A stretch of DNA of 64,000 nucleotides from contig CAXWPJ010000002.1 in assembly GCA_963664115.2 (NCBI GenBank), positions 896,001 through 960,000 on the forward strand, in the 5' to 3' direction. Below the pieces are notes generated by a model. That model made no database searches. It saw only the letters and a list, made by a program, of their open reading frames with translations, and was not told where the DNA came from. Shown here piece after piece: positions 37,008 through 46,756 of this stretch. This stretch comes from Terriglobia bacterium. Its GTDB lineage: Bacteria; Acidobacteriota; Terriglobia; 20CM-2-55-15. A program made the position numbers and the translations under genes. Position 1 is the stretch's first letter; the number at the start of each line of letters is the position of its first letter.

Positions 37008-38238
37008 TGTGAACGCTCCCATCGCTGGCGATTCTCCAGGTCTGAATGCTATTGTCCTGGCCCGGGACCCTGTATGACGGATCCAGGGGCACGTTAAAGA
37101 ACGCGGCGACCTGGGCTCGCGATGGTTGAATCTGGCCCCGTTCGTCCGTGCAGCGCGAAAGGAGCTCGGTCTCTGATCCGTCCCAATTCCAGTTGAGGCT
37201 GAACCGGGTATGGGCCATGCGATATGCCGTTCCGTGAATCTGGGCGTCTGTCCAGCGTCGGCCGCCGTCGGTGGATACCTCCACCCTGCCTATGGTGCCC
37301 CCACCGGACCAGGCCAGGCCGCTGATCTGGTAGAATTCGCGACCGGGCAACTGCTGTCCCGCGCAGGGAAAGGTGATGACCGATTTCGGTCCGATCTGGT
37401 AACCCAAGGCAGCGTTTTCAGCCTCGCGTCGAAGATGCCCGTAGTCGTTGTAGGTCATGTAGTACTGGTCCACCGCCTTGATTCGCCTCAGATACTTCGT
37501 ATGAAAGATTCCTTCGAAGCCGGGAACCATCAACCGCAGCGGATAACCTTGCTGGGGACGCACCGCCTCGCCGTTCATGCCGTAGCACACCAGAGTGTCG
37601 TCCATGGCCTTCGCCATCGGAATGCTCGACGCTCCCTTCACTTCCTCTATCCCTTCCGCAACGATCCAGGACGCCGCGGCTTTCACGCCGGCCTCCCTGA
37701 GCAGCACAGACAGGAGCACTCCGGTCCATTCGGCGCAACTGGTCATCCCGTGCGAATCCTGAATTGATGTATACGCGGCATTCGGACGGTTCGCCGCGCA
37801 CTCGATGAAATGAAGGCGGGTGACGGAAGGGAGGCGCTTCAGATCCTCCATGGTGAAGGTCAGCGGACGGTCCACCATGCCGTGGATCATGAGCCGATGC
37901 TCCTGGGGATCGATGTCCGGAATGTAGGAGCCACGCGTGGTCCCCACATAGTGGAGCGCGGATGGCGTGATCACCCCCACCGAATCCTGGAGCGGAGTCG
38001 CCATGTGCATAACCTTTCCAAAGGCATCGGGCGAACCCCTTCTGCCATGCGATGTGCGTACCGCGGTCTGGAAACGGGAGCGCTGTCCATAGGCGATCAG
38101 TTCCTCACTACCCGTGATGAACGTTTCAGGGTCCCGTAGCTGGCCTCTCGCGGGCCTTACCGCTCCCAAGGTCAAACCACCGGCCAACATGGCGCCGCTT
38201 TTTAGGAATCCCCTTCGACCCGATCGTTTCAATCCCAT
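36994..38238 (-). CDS. Sulfite-oxidase-family molybdoenzyme (SoxC/SorA-like), Tat-exported
   Basis: RRGFLK Tat motif; TPLQDSVGVITP; FIECAAN Mo-ligand Cys; GYPLRLMVPG; GLAWSGGG; RBS aaggag before ATG 38238. Confidence 0.88.
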   Translation of the reverse strand: MGLKRSGRRGFLKSGAMLAGGLTLGAVRPARGQLRDPETFITGSEELIAYGQRSRFQTAVRTSHGRRGSPDAFGKVMHMATPLQDSVGVITPSALHYVGTTRGSYIPDIDPQEHRLMIHGMVDRPLTFTMEDLKRLPSVTRLHFIECAANRPNAAYTSIQDSHGMTSCAEWTGVLLSVLLREAGVKAAASWIVAEGIEEVKGASSIPMAKAMDDTLVCYGMNGEAVRPQQGYPLRLMVPGFEGIFHTKYLRRIKAVDQYYMTYNDYGHLRREAENAALGYQIGPKSVITFPCAGQQLPGREFYQISGLAWSGGGTIGRVEVSTDGGRRWTDAQIHGTAYRMAHTRFSLNWNWDGSETELLSRCTDERGQIQPSRAQVAAFFNVPLDPSYRVPGQDNSIQTWRIASDGSVHNAYS

Positions 38239-38327
38239 GGGTTTCTCCTTCACAAATGAGGTTATTTGGAAATCGCTTCCCGATGGTCGAAAGTAAATGC
38301 CACTTCAGGATCCAATCAGGCGCAATC

Positions 38328-39712
38328 GAGTTATTGTCAAAAGTGGTGTTTAGGAGATTGATTCAAGCGGCGGCCTGATCGACTTGTGTCGCTTCGACAC
38401 CATCGTTGAATTTCACTCCGATGATTACCTTGCTCAGATCATCGAATCCTCGTAATCGTCGCCAATTGTTCTCAGCGCACTGGCCCAGTTTGAACATCAT
38501 GTGCAGCATGCCATCCCGTGTCAGGCAACCTCTGGATCGCTTCGTTCGGTGTCGAATGGTGGCAAAGGTCGACTCAATGGGATTCGTCGTTCTGATGCTC
38601 TGCCAGTGCTTGGCCGGAAAGTCGTAAAAGGCCAGCAGTTCCTCTCTGTCTTTCTGCAGGCAGAGTGTGGCTTTCGGATACTTCGGTTCATAGGTTTCAA
38701 TGAACAAGTCGAATGCCTTCTCGGCGTCTGCCTTCGTCTCGGCCTGCCAGATCGAGTGCAGGGCCTGTTTCGCCTTCGCCTGGACCGACTTGGGCAGGCA
38801 GTTGAGGACGTTCATGACTTTGTGCATCCAGCAACGTTGTTGACGTGTCTCGGGATAGATTTCCTCCAGTGCGGCCCAGAACCCCATCGCACCGTCACCG
38901 ATGGCCAACTTCGGAACATTCATCCCACGGGACTTCAGCTTCAACAAGACCTCGCGCCAACTCTGTGTCGATTCCCGTACACCGTCTTCGATCGCCAGGA
39001 AACGCTTCTCTCCGCGTTCATTCACGCCGATCACGACCAATGCACACAACTTGGTTTGTTCCGCCCGAAGTCCGCTGTAGATGCCGTCGGCCCAGACATA
39101 GACCCAGCGATCTGCATCCAAACGCTCCTCGCATCCGAGGCGGTACTGTTCGCCCCAAACCTGTTTCAACCGCGATACCGTGCTCGCCGACAGACCCTGC
39201 GCCTGGGGACCGACAAGAACTTTTAGGGCCTCACCCATCTCGCCGCTGGAAACGCCTTTCAAATACAACCACGGCACCGCTGCTTCCAGCGACTTCGTCT
39301 TCCGAATGTACGGTGGTACCAGGGCCGATCGGAACGTCACAGCTTCGCCCGTCTTGGCACGGACCTTCGGGATTTGGACTGTTACCGGACCCAATCCCGT
39401 CTGCAGTTCGCGTTCCGGCAGATAACCGTTGCGTACCACCCCGGCGTTTCCTGTCTCAGTTCGCCGGCCACCGTGCTGGGATAGCAGCTCTGCCAATTCG
39501 GCTTCCACTGCGCGTTGGATCAGTTGCTGTGCCCCAACTCGTAGTAGTTCTGTTACTGGATCCTCAATCGTTTCTCGACCTTCCGGTCCATTCACGTTAC
39601 TCTTGCTCACAGTGGCGTATCTCCTATGGTTGCTTTGAAGTTTTGTCACAACAAATCAACCAGATACGCCGCTCTTATTCAATCCCTCAAACACCAGATT
39701 CGGTTATAACTC
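38328..39712 (-). mobile_element. IS256-family insertion sequence (1385 bp)
   Basis: IRs gagttattgtcaaaagtggtgttt / gagttataaccgaatctggtgttt; 9-bp duplication ggcgcaatc at 38319-38327 and 39713-39721. Confidence 0.92.
38363..39610 (-). CDS. IS256-family (Mutator-like) transposase
   Basis: RNGYLPER, YVWADG, IGDGAMGF, QRCWMHK, RTTNPIES; GTG at 39610 is the likely start. Confidence 0.92.
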   Translation of the reverse strand: MSKSNVNGPEGRETIEDPVTELLRVGAQQLIQRAVEAELAELLSQHGGRRTETGNAGVVRNGYLPERELQTGLGPVTVQIPKVRAKTGEAVTFRSALVPPYIRKTKSLEAAVPWLYLKGVSSGEMGEALKVLVGPQAQGLSASTVSRLKQVWGEQYRLGCEERLDADRWVYVWADGIYSGLRAEQTKLCALVVIGVNERGEKRFLAIEDGVRESTQSWREVLLKLKSRGMNVPKLAIGDGAMGFWAALEEIYPETRQQRCWMHKVMNVLNCLPKSVQAKAKQALHSIWQAETKADAEKAFDLFIETYEPKYPKATLCLQKDREELLAFYDFPAKHWQSIRTTNPIESTFATIRHRTKRSRGCLTRDGMLHMMFKLGQCAENNWRRLRGFDDLSKVIIGVKFNDGVEATQVDQAAA

Positions 39713-39815
39713 GGCGCAATCTGGAGTGACTTCGAGCGCAGGCCAACGATGAGGGGCTCCGGTTTTTCGGGCCGGAGTGAACTCTGCGGCACTCGCTCCT
39801 GGATGGGTAACGCTA

Positions 39816-40966
39816 GTGTACCCCGCTCGAAGTAATGTAACTAAAATAGCTTTCCAACGTCCAATAGAGAATGAGGAAAGCACCGACCATTGAATTGGAT
39901 GACAAGCAGCGGATGGAGTTGGAGCGACTGAGTCGAAGCCGGAGTACATCGGTCCGGTTGGCGGAACGATCCCGAATTGTATTACTGGCCGCTGAAGGTC
40001 GGAACAATTATGAGATCGCCGCCCGCTTGGAGATCACGCGCCAGAAAGCGGGCCGCTGGCGCAATCGTTTTGTGGAACAGGGCTTGGCTGGGATCGAAAA
40101 GGATGCGCCGCGAAGCGGACGGATTCCCACGATCAGTCGCCGGAAGCGAGCCCGGATCGTCAAGAAGACACTGGAAGAGAAGCCCCCGAACGCGACGCAC
40201 TGGAGTCGGGCCTCGATGGCGAAGGCCGTTGGCGTGAGCGAGTCCACGGTCGGGAAAATCTGGCGGGTCCATGGACTGAAGCCTCATCTGTCACGAACCT
40301 TCAAACTATCCAACGACAAACGATTCGCCGAAAAGCTGGAGGATGTGGTCGGTCTGTATCTGAGCCCACCGGAAAACGCCATTGTCTTGTCCTGCGATGA
40401 GAAGAGCCAGATGCAGGCCCTGGACCGCACGCAACCCGGGTTACCTCTGAAGAAGGGGCGGTGTGGCACCATGACCCACGATTACAAACGTAACGGGACA
40501 ACCACGCTTTTCGCCGCGCTCAACATCCTGGACGGTTCGGTCATCGGAACCTGCATGCCAAAGCATCGCCATCAGGAATGGATCCGGTTTCTGAATCAGA
40601 TCAAACGCGCCATGCCGAAAGATAAGGAGATCCACATTATTTGCGACAACTATGCGACTCACAAACATCAGAAAGTCGTCAACTGGCTCAAGCGTAACAA
40701 GCGTTTTCATGTGCACTTCACGCCAACCAGTGCGTCGTGGCTCAACATGGTCGAGCGCTTTTTCCGGGATCTGTCCGAGCAACGACTCCGGCGTGGCGTT
40801 TTCCGCTCGGTCCCCGAGTTGATCCAGGCCGTGGAGGACTACCTCGCTCGTCACAATGAAGACCCGAAACCCTTCATCTGGACTGCAACGGCTTCCGACA
40901 TCCTTGCTAAAGTCCAGCGCGGCCGGCGAAATCTTGATAAGTTACAGTCTGTTTAACGGGGACCAC
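39816..40966 (+). mobile_element. IS630-family insertion sequence (1151 bp)
   Basis: IRs gtgtaccccg...tgtaact / gtggtccccg...tgtaact; TA duplication within CTAG at 39813-39816 and 40966-40969. Confidence 0.9.
39871..40956 (+). CDS. IS630-family transposase
   Basis: HTH; CDEKSQ, THDYKRNGT, CDNYATHK, SWLNMVERFF. Confidence 0.94.
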   Translation: MRKAPTIELDDKQRMELERLSRSRSTSVRLAERSRIVLLAAEGRNNYEIAARLEITRQKAGRWRNRFVEQGLAGIEKDAPRSGRIPTISRRKRARIVKKTLEEKPPNATHWSRASMAKAVGVSESTVGKIWRVHGLKPHLSRTFKLSNDKRFAEKLEDVVGLYLSPPENAIVLSCDEKSQMQALDRTQPGLPLKKGRCGTMTHDYKRNGTTTLFAALNILDGSVIGTCMPKHRHQEWIRFLNQIKRAMPKDKEIHIICDNYATHKHQKVVNWLKRNKRFHVHFTPTSASWLNMVERFFRDLSEQRLRRGVFRSVPELIQAVEDYLARHNEDPKPFIWTATASDILAKVQRGRRNLDKLQSV

Positions 40967-40986
40967 TAGCTTAGGTCCTGGTGAGG

Positions 40987-42507
40987 CTACTCGGAGGATT
41001 CTCGAACCCGGATTTCTGTGAGAAACTCGTAGTCTCCCGCAAGGTAGAGCTTCATACCTTCGATCCTTTCGTTCACTACGGCAACGTTGTTCGTGTAGTA
41101 GAGATTTACATACGGCAAGTCATCGGACAGGGTCTTCTGGATGTCGGCGTAATACGCCTTCCTTATTTCCGTATCGGTCTCCCTGCGTGCCAACTCGATC
41201 CAGCGGTCGACCTCCGGATTGCGATAGTGTCCACGGTTCGCCCCGTTCGGGGGAAACATGTCTGAATGAAAGACAAAATCAAAAATATCGGGATCGTTGT
41301 TGCCACCGATCCATCTCAGGGAATACATCTGAAAGTTTCCCGATAGAACGTCGGAAAAAAACGTCGCGAACTCATTGGAGCGGATCCGCATATCGATGCC
41401 GAGATCCTTAAACTGTTGCTGCAGAACCGCGGCTACCAACAGACCGAGTGGATCCGTGGACGTGCGATAAGTAAAACTGATCTGGTCGTACCCGGCGTCG
41501 TCCAGGATGGATCTCGCAAGTTCCGGGTCATAGTCATAGCGGCTGACATCGGAAGAGTAGGCCCAGTTTTCCGGTGGGAGAAGGGAATCCGACAATCGAG
41601 CCTGGTTTCGCCACAGATATTTGACGATCGCCTCGCGATCGACGGCATGGGCGATCGCTCGCCGTACCCGGACATCCGAAAACAAGGGATCCTCCAGATT
41701 AAAGGCCAGGTACTGGGCGTTGGTACCCTCACTGTTGAGCACCTCCAGATGTGGCTCTTGGCGAAGAGCTTCGATCATGTCCGCCGGCAGAACGTTCAAG
41801 GCAATATCTACAGTCCCTTTTCGCAATTCGAGGGCGCGGACAACCGCGTCAGGCACGATCTTGAAACGGACCGCATCCAGTTTTGGCGGTTCGCCGAAGT
41901 AGTCCCGATTCGATCGGAGTACGATTTCACTATCGCGGATGTAGTGATCGAAAACAAAGGGTCCGCTTCCGATGGGCTGGTCCGAAAAGTCACTCCCCGC
42001 GCCCTCGGGCACGATCCCAATCGCGGGGAGGGCAAGGTTCCAGAGAAACGGGGCATAGGGCTCGGTCAGGGTGAACCGCACCGTCTGCGGATCCAGGGCC
42101 TCTATTGTGTCCACCAGGCGGTAAGCACCGACCTTTGAAGTCTGTACTGTGCCGTCCAGGATGCTCTTGAAGGTGTATACGACGTCATCCGCGGTCAGTT
42201 CGCTTCCGTCGTGAAACCGGACATTCCCTCTGAGATGAAATATGTAGGTCGTGGGGTCGGGTATCTCCCAAGTTTCCGCCAGGTCCGGTAGAATGTCGGA
42301 ATTTTCGCCTTTGCGAACCAGGGAATTAAAAAGGAGTTGGGCCAGCCGCTCCGAATACGCGTCCACTCCGATGCGTGGATCGAGGTTGGTGGGAGGGCTG
42401 TCCAGCGCGAGCGTTACGATTTCCGGAGATGTCGGGCCGTTAGAGCATGCGACGAGAACGGGAAGGCAGAGCAAGAGAACGATGGCGTCGCGGAAGCCTC
42501 CGAACAT
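40987..42507 (-). CDS. ABC transporter substrate-binding lipoprotein, family 5 (DppA/OppA-like)
   Basis: Lipobox LVAC; LPDLAETW; FHDG; GSGPF; VRRAIAHAVDR. Confidence 0.92.
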   Translation of the reverse strand: MFGGFRDAIVLLLCLPVLVACSNGPTSPEIVTLALDSPPTNLDPRIGVDAYSERLAQLLFNSLVRKGENSDILPDLAETWEIPDPTTYIFHLRGNVRFHDGSELTADDVVYTFKSILDGTVQTSKVGAYRLVDTIEALDPQTVRFTLTEPYAPFLWNLALPAIGIVPEGAGSDFSDQPIGSGPFVFDHYIRDSEIVLRSNRDYFGEPPKLDAVRFKIVPDAVVRALELRKGTVDIALNVLPADMIEALRQEPHLEVLNSEGTNAQYLAFNLEDPLFSDVRVRRAIAHAVDREAIVKYLWRNQARLSDSLLPPENWAYSSDVSRYDYDPELARSILDDAGYDQISFTYRTSTDPLGLLVAAVLQQQFKDLGIDMRIRSNEFATFFSDVLSGNFQMYSLRWIGGNNDPDIFDFVFHSDMFPPNGANRGHYRNPEVDRWIELARRETDTEIRKAYYADIQKTLSDDLPYVNLYYTNNVAVVNERIEGMKLYLAGDYEFLTEIRVRESSE

Positions 42508-42537
42508 AGGCGTTATGGTAGCACTGCAGCGGCAAAG

Positions 42538-42583
42538 GAGAGTTAAGAGTTAGAGCGTCACCCTAAACTTTTAACTCATAACT
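42538..42583. repeat. Intergenic palindrome of 7-mer periodic units
   Basis: gagagttaagagttagag ... ctaaact-tttaact-cataact. Confidence 0.65.
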
Positions 42584-42587
42584 GCCC

Positions 42588-43682
42588 CTATCTCACATGC
42601 ACACGTTCGACGATAGGAATGGATTGCTTCAGCCGCTCGATCTGGCGTATGAGGCGGGGCCTGGCATGGGGCCGGTTTCTCAGCGGCGCAAATTCGATCT
42701 TCCCCTTGAGGTGCAGGATGCGCTCGATGGACCGATCAATCCGCTTCCGCAATTTGGCGTCAGACCGGGCTGTAGCCACGATGTGGTCAAACGCTTCTTC
42801 GAGCAGAGGCGTTGTCTGCGAAAACATAACCATGTCGTTTCCCGCCTGAACCGCCTTGAGGAATGTCTTCGGCGTGAGCCCGATCGACGTCACTGCACCC
42901 ATCGTCAGATCGTCCGTCATCACGACGCCCTCGAAGCCCACGGTCTCACGAAGCAAACCGTCCACGACCCGGTGGGATAGCGAGGCCGGCAGGGGACGGA
43001 TGTCTCCAAGCGACGGATAGTGTCCATGTGAAACCATGATCAAGTCCAAACGTTCCGATAGATCATTGAAGGGAACCACATCTTCCGCCAGAATTTCCCT
43101 GCGGCTCCGCTCGATTCGCGGCAACACGAAGTGAGGATCCCTCTGCGCGCCCCCCAGACCGGGAAAGTGTCGTGCGCAAGTCAGGATTCGCTTTTTCTCG
43201 AACTCGTCGATGACGACCCGGGCCAGACGACCCACCTCGGCAGCGCTTGCACCCAGCGTCCGCTCGCGTACGACCGAGCCCGGTAATCCAAGATCCAGAG
43301 CGGGCGTAAGATTGATGTTGAAACCCGCTGCCTCCAGTTCGGATCCCAGCAATCGGGCCCCGGCACGAACAGCAGGGATACCGAGATCGGCAAGATCCGC
43401 TACGGATGGGATCGGGGCAACCACGTGCTTCAGGCGATCCAATGCGCCGCCTTCCTGTTCGATGGCGAGGAGTGGCGGAAGGTTGGCCCGGCTTTGAAAG
43501 CGGAGGTTGAGTGCGTAGATTTGATCCAGACTCTCGATGTTTCGCTGGGAACAGATGATCCCGCCCGGACGGATCTTTTCGAGAACGCGTTCGCTCTCAG
43601 CGTCCGGTGCCGGGCCCTGGAAACCCACCATGAAAAGCTGGCCGACGCGTTCTTCTAATGTGAGGCGTGCTATGTCCTTCAT
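42588..43682 (-). CDS. Glycoside hydrolase family 3 (NagZ-like beta-N-acetylhexosaminidase)
   Basis: VGQLFMVGF, EQEGG, RHFPGLG...DPH, MTDDLTMGA, AGND. Confidence 0.85.
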   Translation of the reverse strand: MKDIARLTLEERVGQLFMVGFQGPAPDAESERVLEKIRPGGIICSQRNIESLDQIYALNLRFQSRANLPPLLAIEQEGGALDRLKHVVAPIPSVADLADLGIPAVRAGARLLGSELEAAGFNINLTPALDLGLPGSVVRERTLGASAAEVGRLARVVIDEFEKKRILTCARHFPGLGGAQRDPHFVLPRIERSRREILAEDVVPFNDLSERLDLIMVSHGHYPSLGDIRPLPASLSHRVVDGLLRETVGFEGVVMTDDLTMGAVTSIGLTPKTFLKAVQAGNDMVMFSQTTPLLEEAFDHIVATARSDAKLRKRIDRSIERILHLKGKIEFAPLRNRPHARPRLIRQIERLKQSIPIVERVHVR

Positions 43683-43752
43683 CCTGCGCACTTCACCAGC
43701 GCGCTCTAAGACCAGAGTTCTGATCCCCCGGAATCGGACGCCCAAGCCCAAC

Positions 43753-46383
43753 TCAGTCCAGGTCGATCGTATCCTTGAGGTCAGCGAGTAGCTTGAGGGC
43801 CTCCATCGGGGATGTGAGTTCTACGTCCACATCACGCAAACGGGCCCGCAACGCTTCCTCCTCCGGAGAAAAGAGCGACAGCTGATTGATAACAATACGT
43901 TTCGTTCGTCTGGCACGAACCGTAAGATTATCCGACAACTCACGCTCAGTTTCCTCATGTTTTTTCAGAATCTCCCGGGCGCGGTCCAGCACGGAGGAGG
44001 GAAGTCCTGCAAGGCGGGCCACTTCAATGCCGTAGCTGCGGTCCGCAGCTCCAGCTTCTATTTTGCGCAGGAATATAATCCTGTTCTCGGATTCGGTGAC
44101 CGTCACATGGAAGTTTGCTACCCCTGGGAGCAGGTCGGCCAACTCCGTCAACTCATGGTAATGCGTTGCAAATAAAGTCTTAGCACCAACATGAGACTGA
44201 AGGTGTTCGATAACAGCCCAGGCAATGGAAAGCCCGTCAAAGGTGGCCGTACCGCGTCCGACTTCGTCCAGGATCACGAGGCTCTCTGAAGTGGCCGCAT
44301 TGAGAATGATAGCCGCCTCGGTCATTTCAACCATGAACGTAGAGCGCCCCCGAGCGAGATCGTCCGAGGCCCCGATTCGCGTAAATATCCGATCCACGAC
44401 CGGACACCGGGCAAACTGCGCGGGTACAAAGGATCCCATCTGGGCCAGGATGACAATCAGCGCACTCTGTCTGAGATAGGTCGATTTTCCGCCCATGTTC
44501 GGACCGGTGATGATGTGGATCCGGCTCTGATCGCGGTCCATGAACAGGTCGTTCGGGACAAAACGTTCCGCTCGATGTTCCGCCGCAAGCGCCTCTAAGA
44601 CAGGATGACGGCCTCCTTTGATCAGTAGCGATCCGTCCCTGGATATTTCCGGGCGCCGGTAGTTGAGATCACGTGCCAGGACAGCGAGGCCCGTCAGACA
44701 GTCGCACTGGGAAACGATTGCTGCAGACCCCTGTATCCTGGCTGCGCCCCCCGCCAGCGTGTCCCGGATTCCCTGAAACAGCTCTTTCTCCAGCACAACC
44801 ATGCGCTCTTCGGCGGTCAGGATCTTCTCTTCATATTTCTTGAGTTCTTCAGTAACGAAACGTTCCCCACCCACAAGCGTCTGCTTCCGCACGTAGTCAT
44901 CGGGCGCCAAATGCAGGTTGGCCTTTGAAATCTCGATGTAGTAACCGAAAACCCGGTTGAAGCGCACCTTGAGCGACGCGATCCCCGTACGTTCCTTTTC
45001 ACGTACCTCGAGGCTTGCAAGATAGGCCTTGCTGTCTCTGGAGATCGCCCGCAGCTCATCCAACGCCGTATCAAAACCGTCACGAATCACGCCCCCGTCG
45101 GCAAAGCTCACAGCCGGCTCATCCTCGATCGACACCGCCAGAAGTTCGTAGAGGTCCTCAAGTGGATCAAGCGTCGCGGCCAGCTCCCGGAAAAGATCCG
45201 AGTGTATTTTTCCGATTGCAGTTCCGAGACCGGGTAGTTTCTCGAACGCAGCACGCAGCGCCACGATGTCACGGGGAGTCGCGGTTCCCAGGACGACCTT
45301 GCTGAGCAATCGCTCGATGTCCGCCATGCCATGGAATGACGCCCGTGTTGCATCCAGAAGCGTCGTTGAAGACACCAGTTCTTCCACCGCATCCTGGCGC
45401 CGAACGATTTCTCCTTCATCCACAGAAGGGCGGATCATCCAATGACGGAGCAGTCGCGCACCCATTCCCGTCCGAGTCCGGTCGACGACTCCGAGGAGCG
45501 TGTCGCCGGGACGGCCTCCGCTCACGGATTCCAGGAGCTCCAGATTTCGAATCGAGGAGGAATCGAGCACCATGTAGTCCGACCGCGTGTCGCATCGCAG
45601 GCCGGTAATGTGCTCCAGGGCCGTCTTCTGCGTCTGCCGAGCGTAATAAATGAGGCCTCCGGCCGCAGCGATGGCCAATCCCTGGCCGGAACAGCCAAAG
45701 CCCTCCAGGCTGGTCGTTCCGAATTGCTCCTTGAGGGCCCGTGTGGCCGCGTCTTCGTCAAACGTCCAGTCGTCGATGGGTGTGGCAATGCAATGGTCGA
45801 TTTCCGGAATTCGCTCTTCCTGAGACCTGGGAAATACGACTTCCTTAGGTGCGAAGTGGTCGATGTCCAACCACAGGCGGTCCCATCTATCCTCTTCCTG
45901 GCGCTGGAACGCTCGAAATTCACCCGTCGAGAGATCCAGGAAAGCAACGCCGAGAGCATCGTCCCCAGCGTCGTTCCCCAATGCGAGACCCATCAAAAAA
46001 TTGTTCTCACCCGATTTCAGAAGTGTTAGATCCGTCACCGTCCCCGGAGTGATAATCCGGGTGAGGGCGCGGGGCACGAGCTTAACGCCTTTCTTTGGCG
46101 GTTCCGTCTGGTCACAAACGGCGACTTTGTAACCCTTTCTAAGAAGTTTGGCGATGTAACCATCGGCGGCATGATGCGGGACACCACACATCGGTACCGG
46201 GGAGCCGCTGTCTTTATGCCGCGCGGTCAGGGTAATTTCCAATTCGCCGGCAGCGGTCACTGCGTCTTCATAAAAAAGTTCGTAAAAGTCTCCGAGACGA
46301 AACAGGAGCAGCGTGTCGGGCACTTCCTCCTTGATGCGGTGGTACTGCCGCATCATCGGGGTCATCTCAGGTTTCTTTGCCAT
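43753..46383 (-). CDS. mutS: DNA mismatch repair protein MutS
   Basis: TPMMRQY, GDFYELF, TGPNMGGKST, STFMVEM, DEVGRGT, SYGIEVARLAG. Confidence 0.98.
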   Translation of the reverse strand: MAKKPEMTPMMRQYHRIKEEVPDTLLLFRLGDFYELFYEDAVTAAGELEITLTARHKDSGSPVPMCGVPHHAADGYIAKLLRKGYKVAVCDQTEPPKKGVKLVPRALTRIITPGTVTDLTLLKSGENNFLMGLALGNDAGDDALGVAFLDLSTGEFRAFQRQEEDRWDRLWLDIDHFAPKEVVFPRSQEERIPEIDHCIATPIDDWTFDEDAATRALKEQFGTTSLEGFGCSGQGLAIAAAGGLIYYARQTQKTALEHITGLRCDTRSDYMVLDSSSIRNLELLESVSGGRPGDTLLGVVDRTRTGMGARLLRHWMIRPSVDEGEIVRRQDAVEELVSSTTLLDATRASFHGMADIERLLSKVVLGTATPRDIVALRAAFEKLPGLGTAIGKIHSDLFRELAATLDPLEDLYELLAVSIEDEPAVSFADGGVIRDGFDTALDELRAISRDSKAYLASLEVREKERTGIASLKVRFNRVFGYYIEISKANLHLAPDDYVRKQTLVGGERFVTEELKKYEEKILTAEERMVVLEKELFQGIRDTLAGGAARIQGSAAIVSQCDCLTGLAVLARDLNYRRPEISRDGSLLIKGGRHPVLEALAAEHRAERFVPNDLFMDRDQSRIHIITGPNMGGKSTYLRQSALIVILAQMGSFVPAQFARCPVVDRIFTRIGASDDLARGRSTFMVEMTEAAIILNAATSESLVILDEVGRGTATFDGLSIAWAVIEHLQSHVGAKTLFATHYHELTELADLLPGVANFHVTVTESENRIIFLRKIEAGAADRSYGIEVARLAGLPSSVLDRAREILKKHEETERELSDNLTVRARRTKRIVINQLSLFSPEEEALRARLRDVDVELTSPMEALKLLADLKDTIDLD

Positions 46384-46756
46384 AGAATAATTTTCCGGAC
46401 GGATCGCATCCCCGGGCAGCCACTATAATACGGCAAGATCTGGCGGCCATTCGCGAGGTCTGATCCAGCCCTCCCACGATTCGGGCTTTAAGGGGATACT
46501 GGGGTGAAAGTTCGCGATATTGGATTTCGCTCGGTCGTTCAGACGGCCGAGCGTCTCTGTCGCACCATGCGCGTTGGGCCGAACGACCGGCGACCCTCTC
46601 CACCATCCCGACGGAGATGCCGCTGGGGAATTGCGCAATGTTCATGCAGTTCTTTAAACCAACCCGCGGCCTTCCTCGCTGCGGGTGGGGCGCTTTCAGA
46701 GTAAAGACGCGAGCCGAGGCGACAAAGTACTAAGATGATCGGCTCGGGCGAGGGCA

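Noticed and set aside
46430-46750. Several hairpins between mutS and tsaB as an ncRNA
   Set aside because: Stems are expected at this GC content and no known RNA motif is recognisable; an Rfam scan would be needed.
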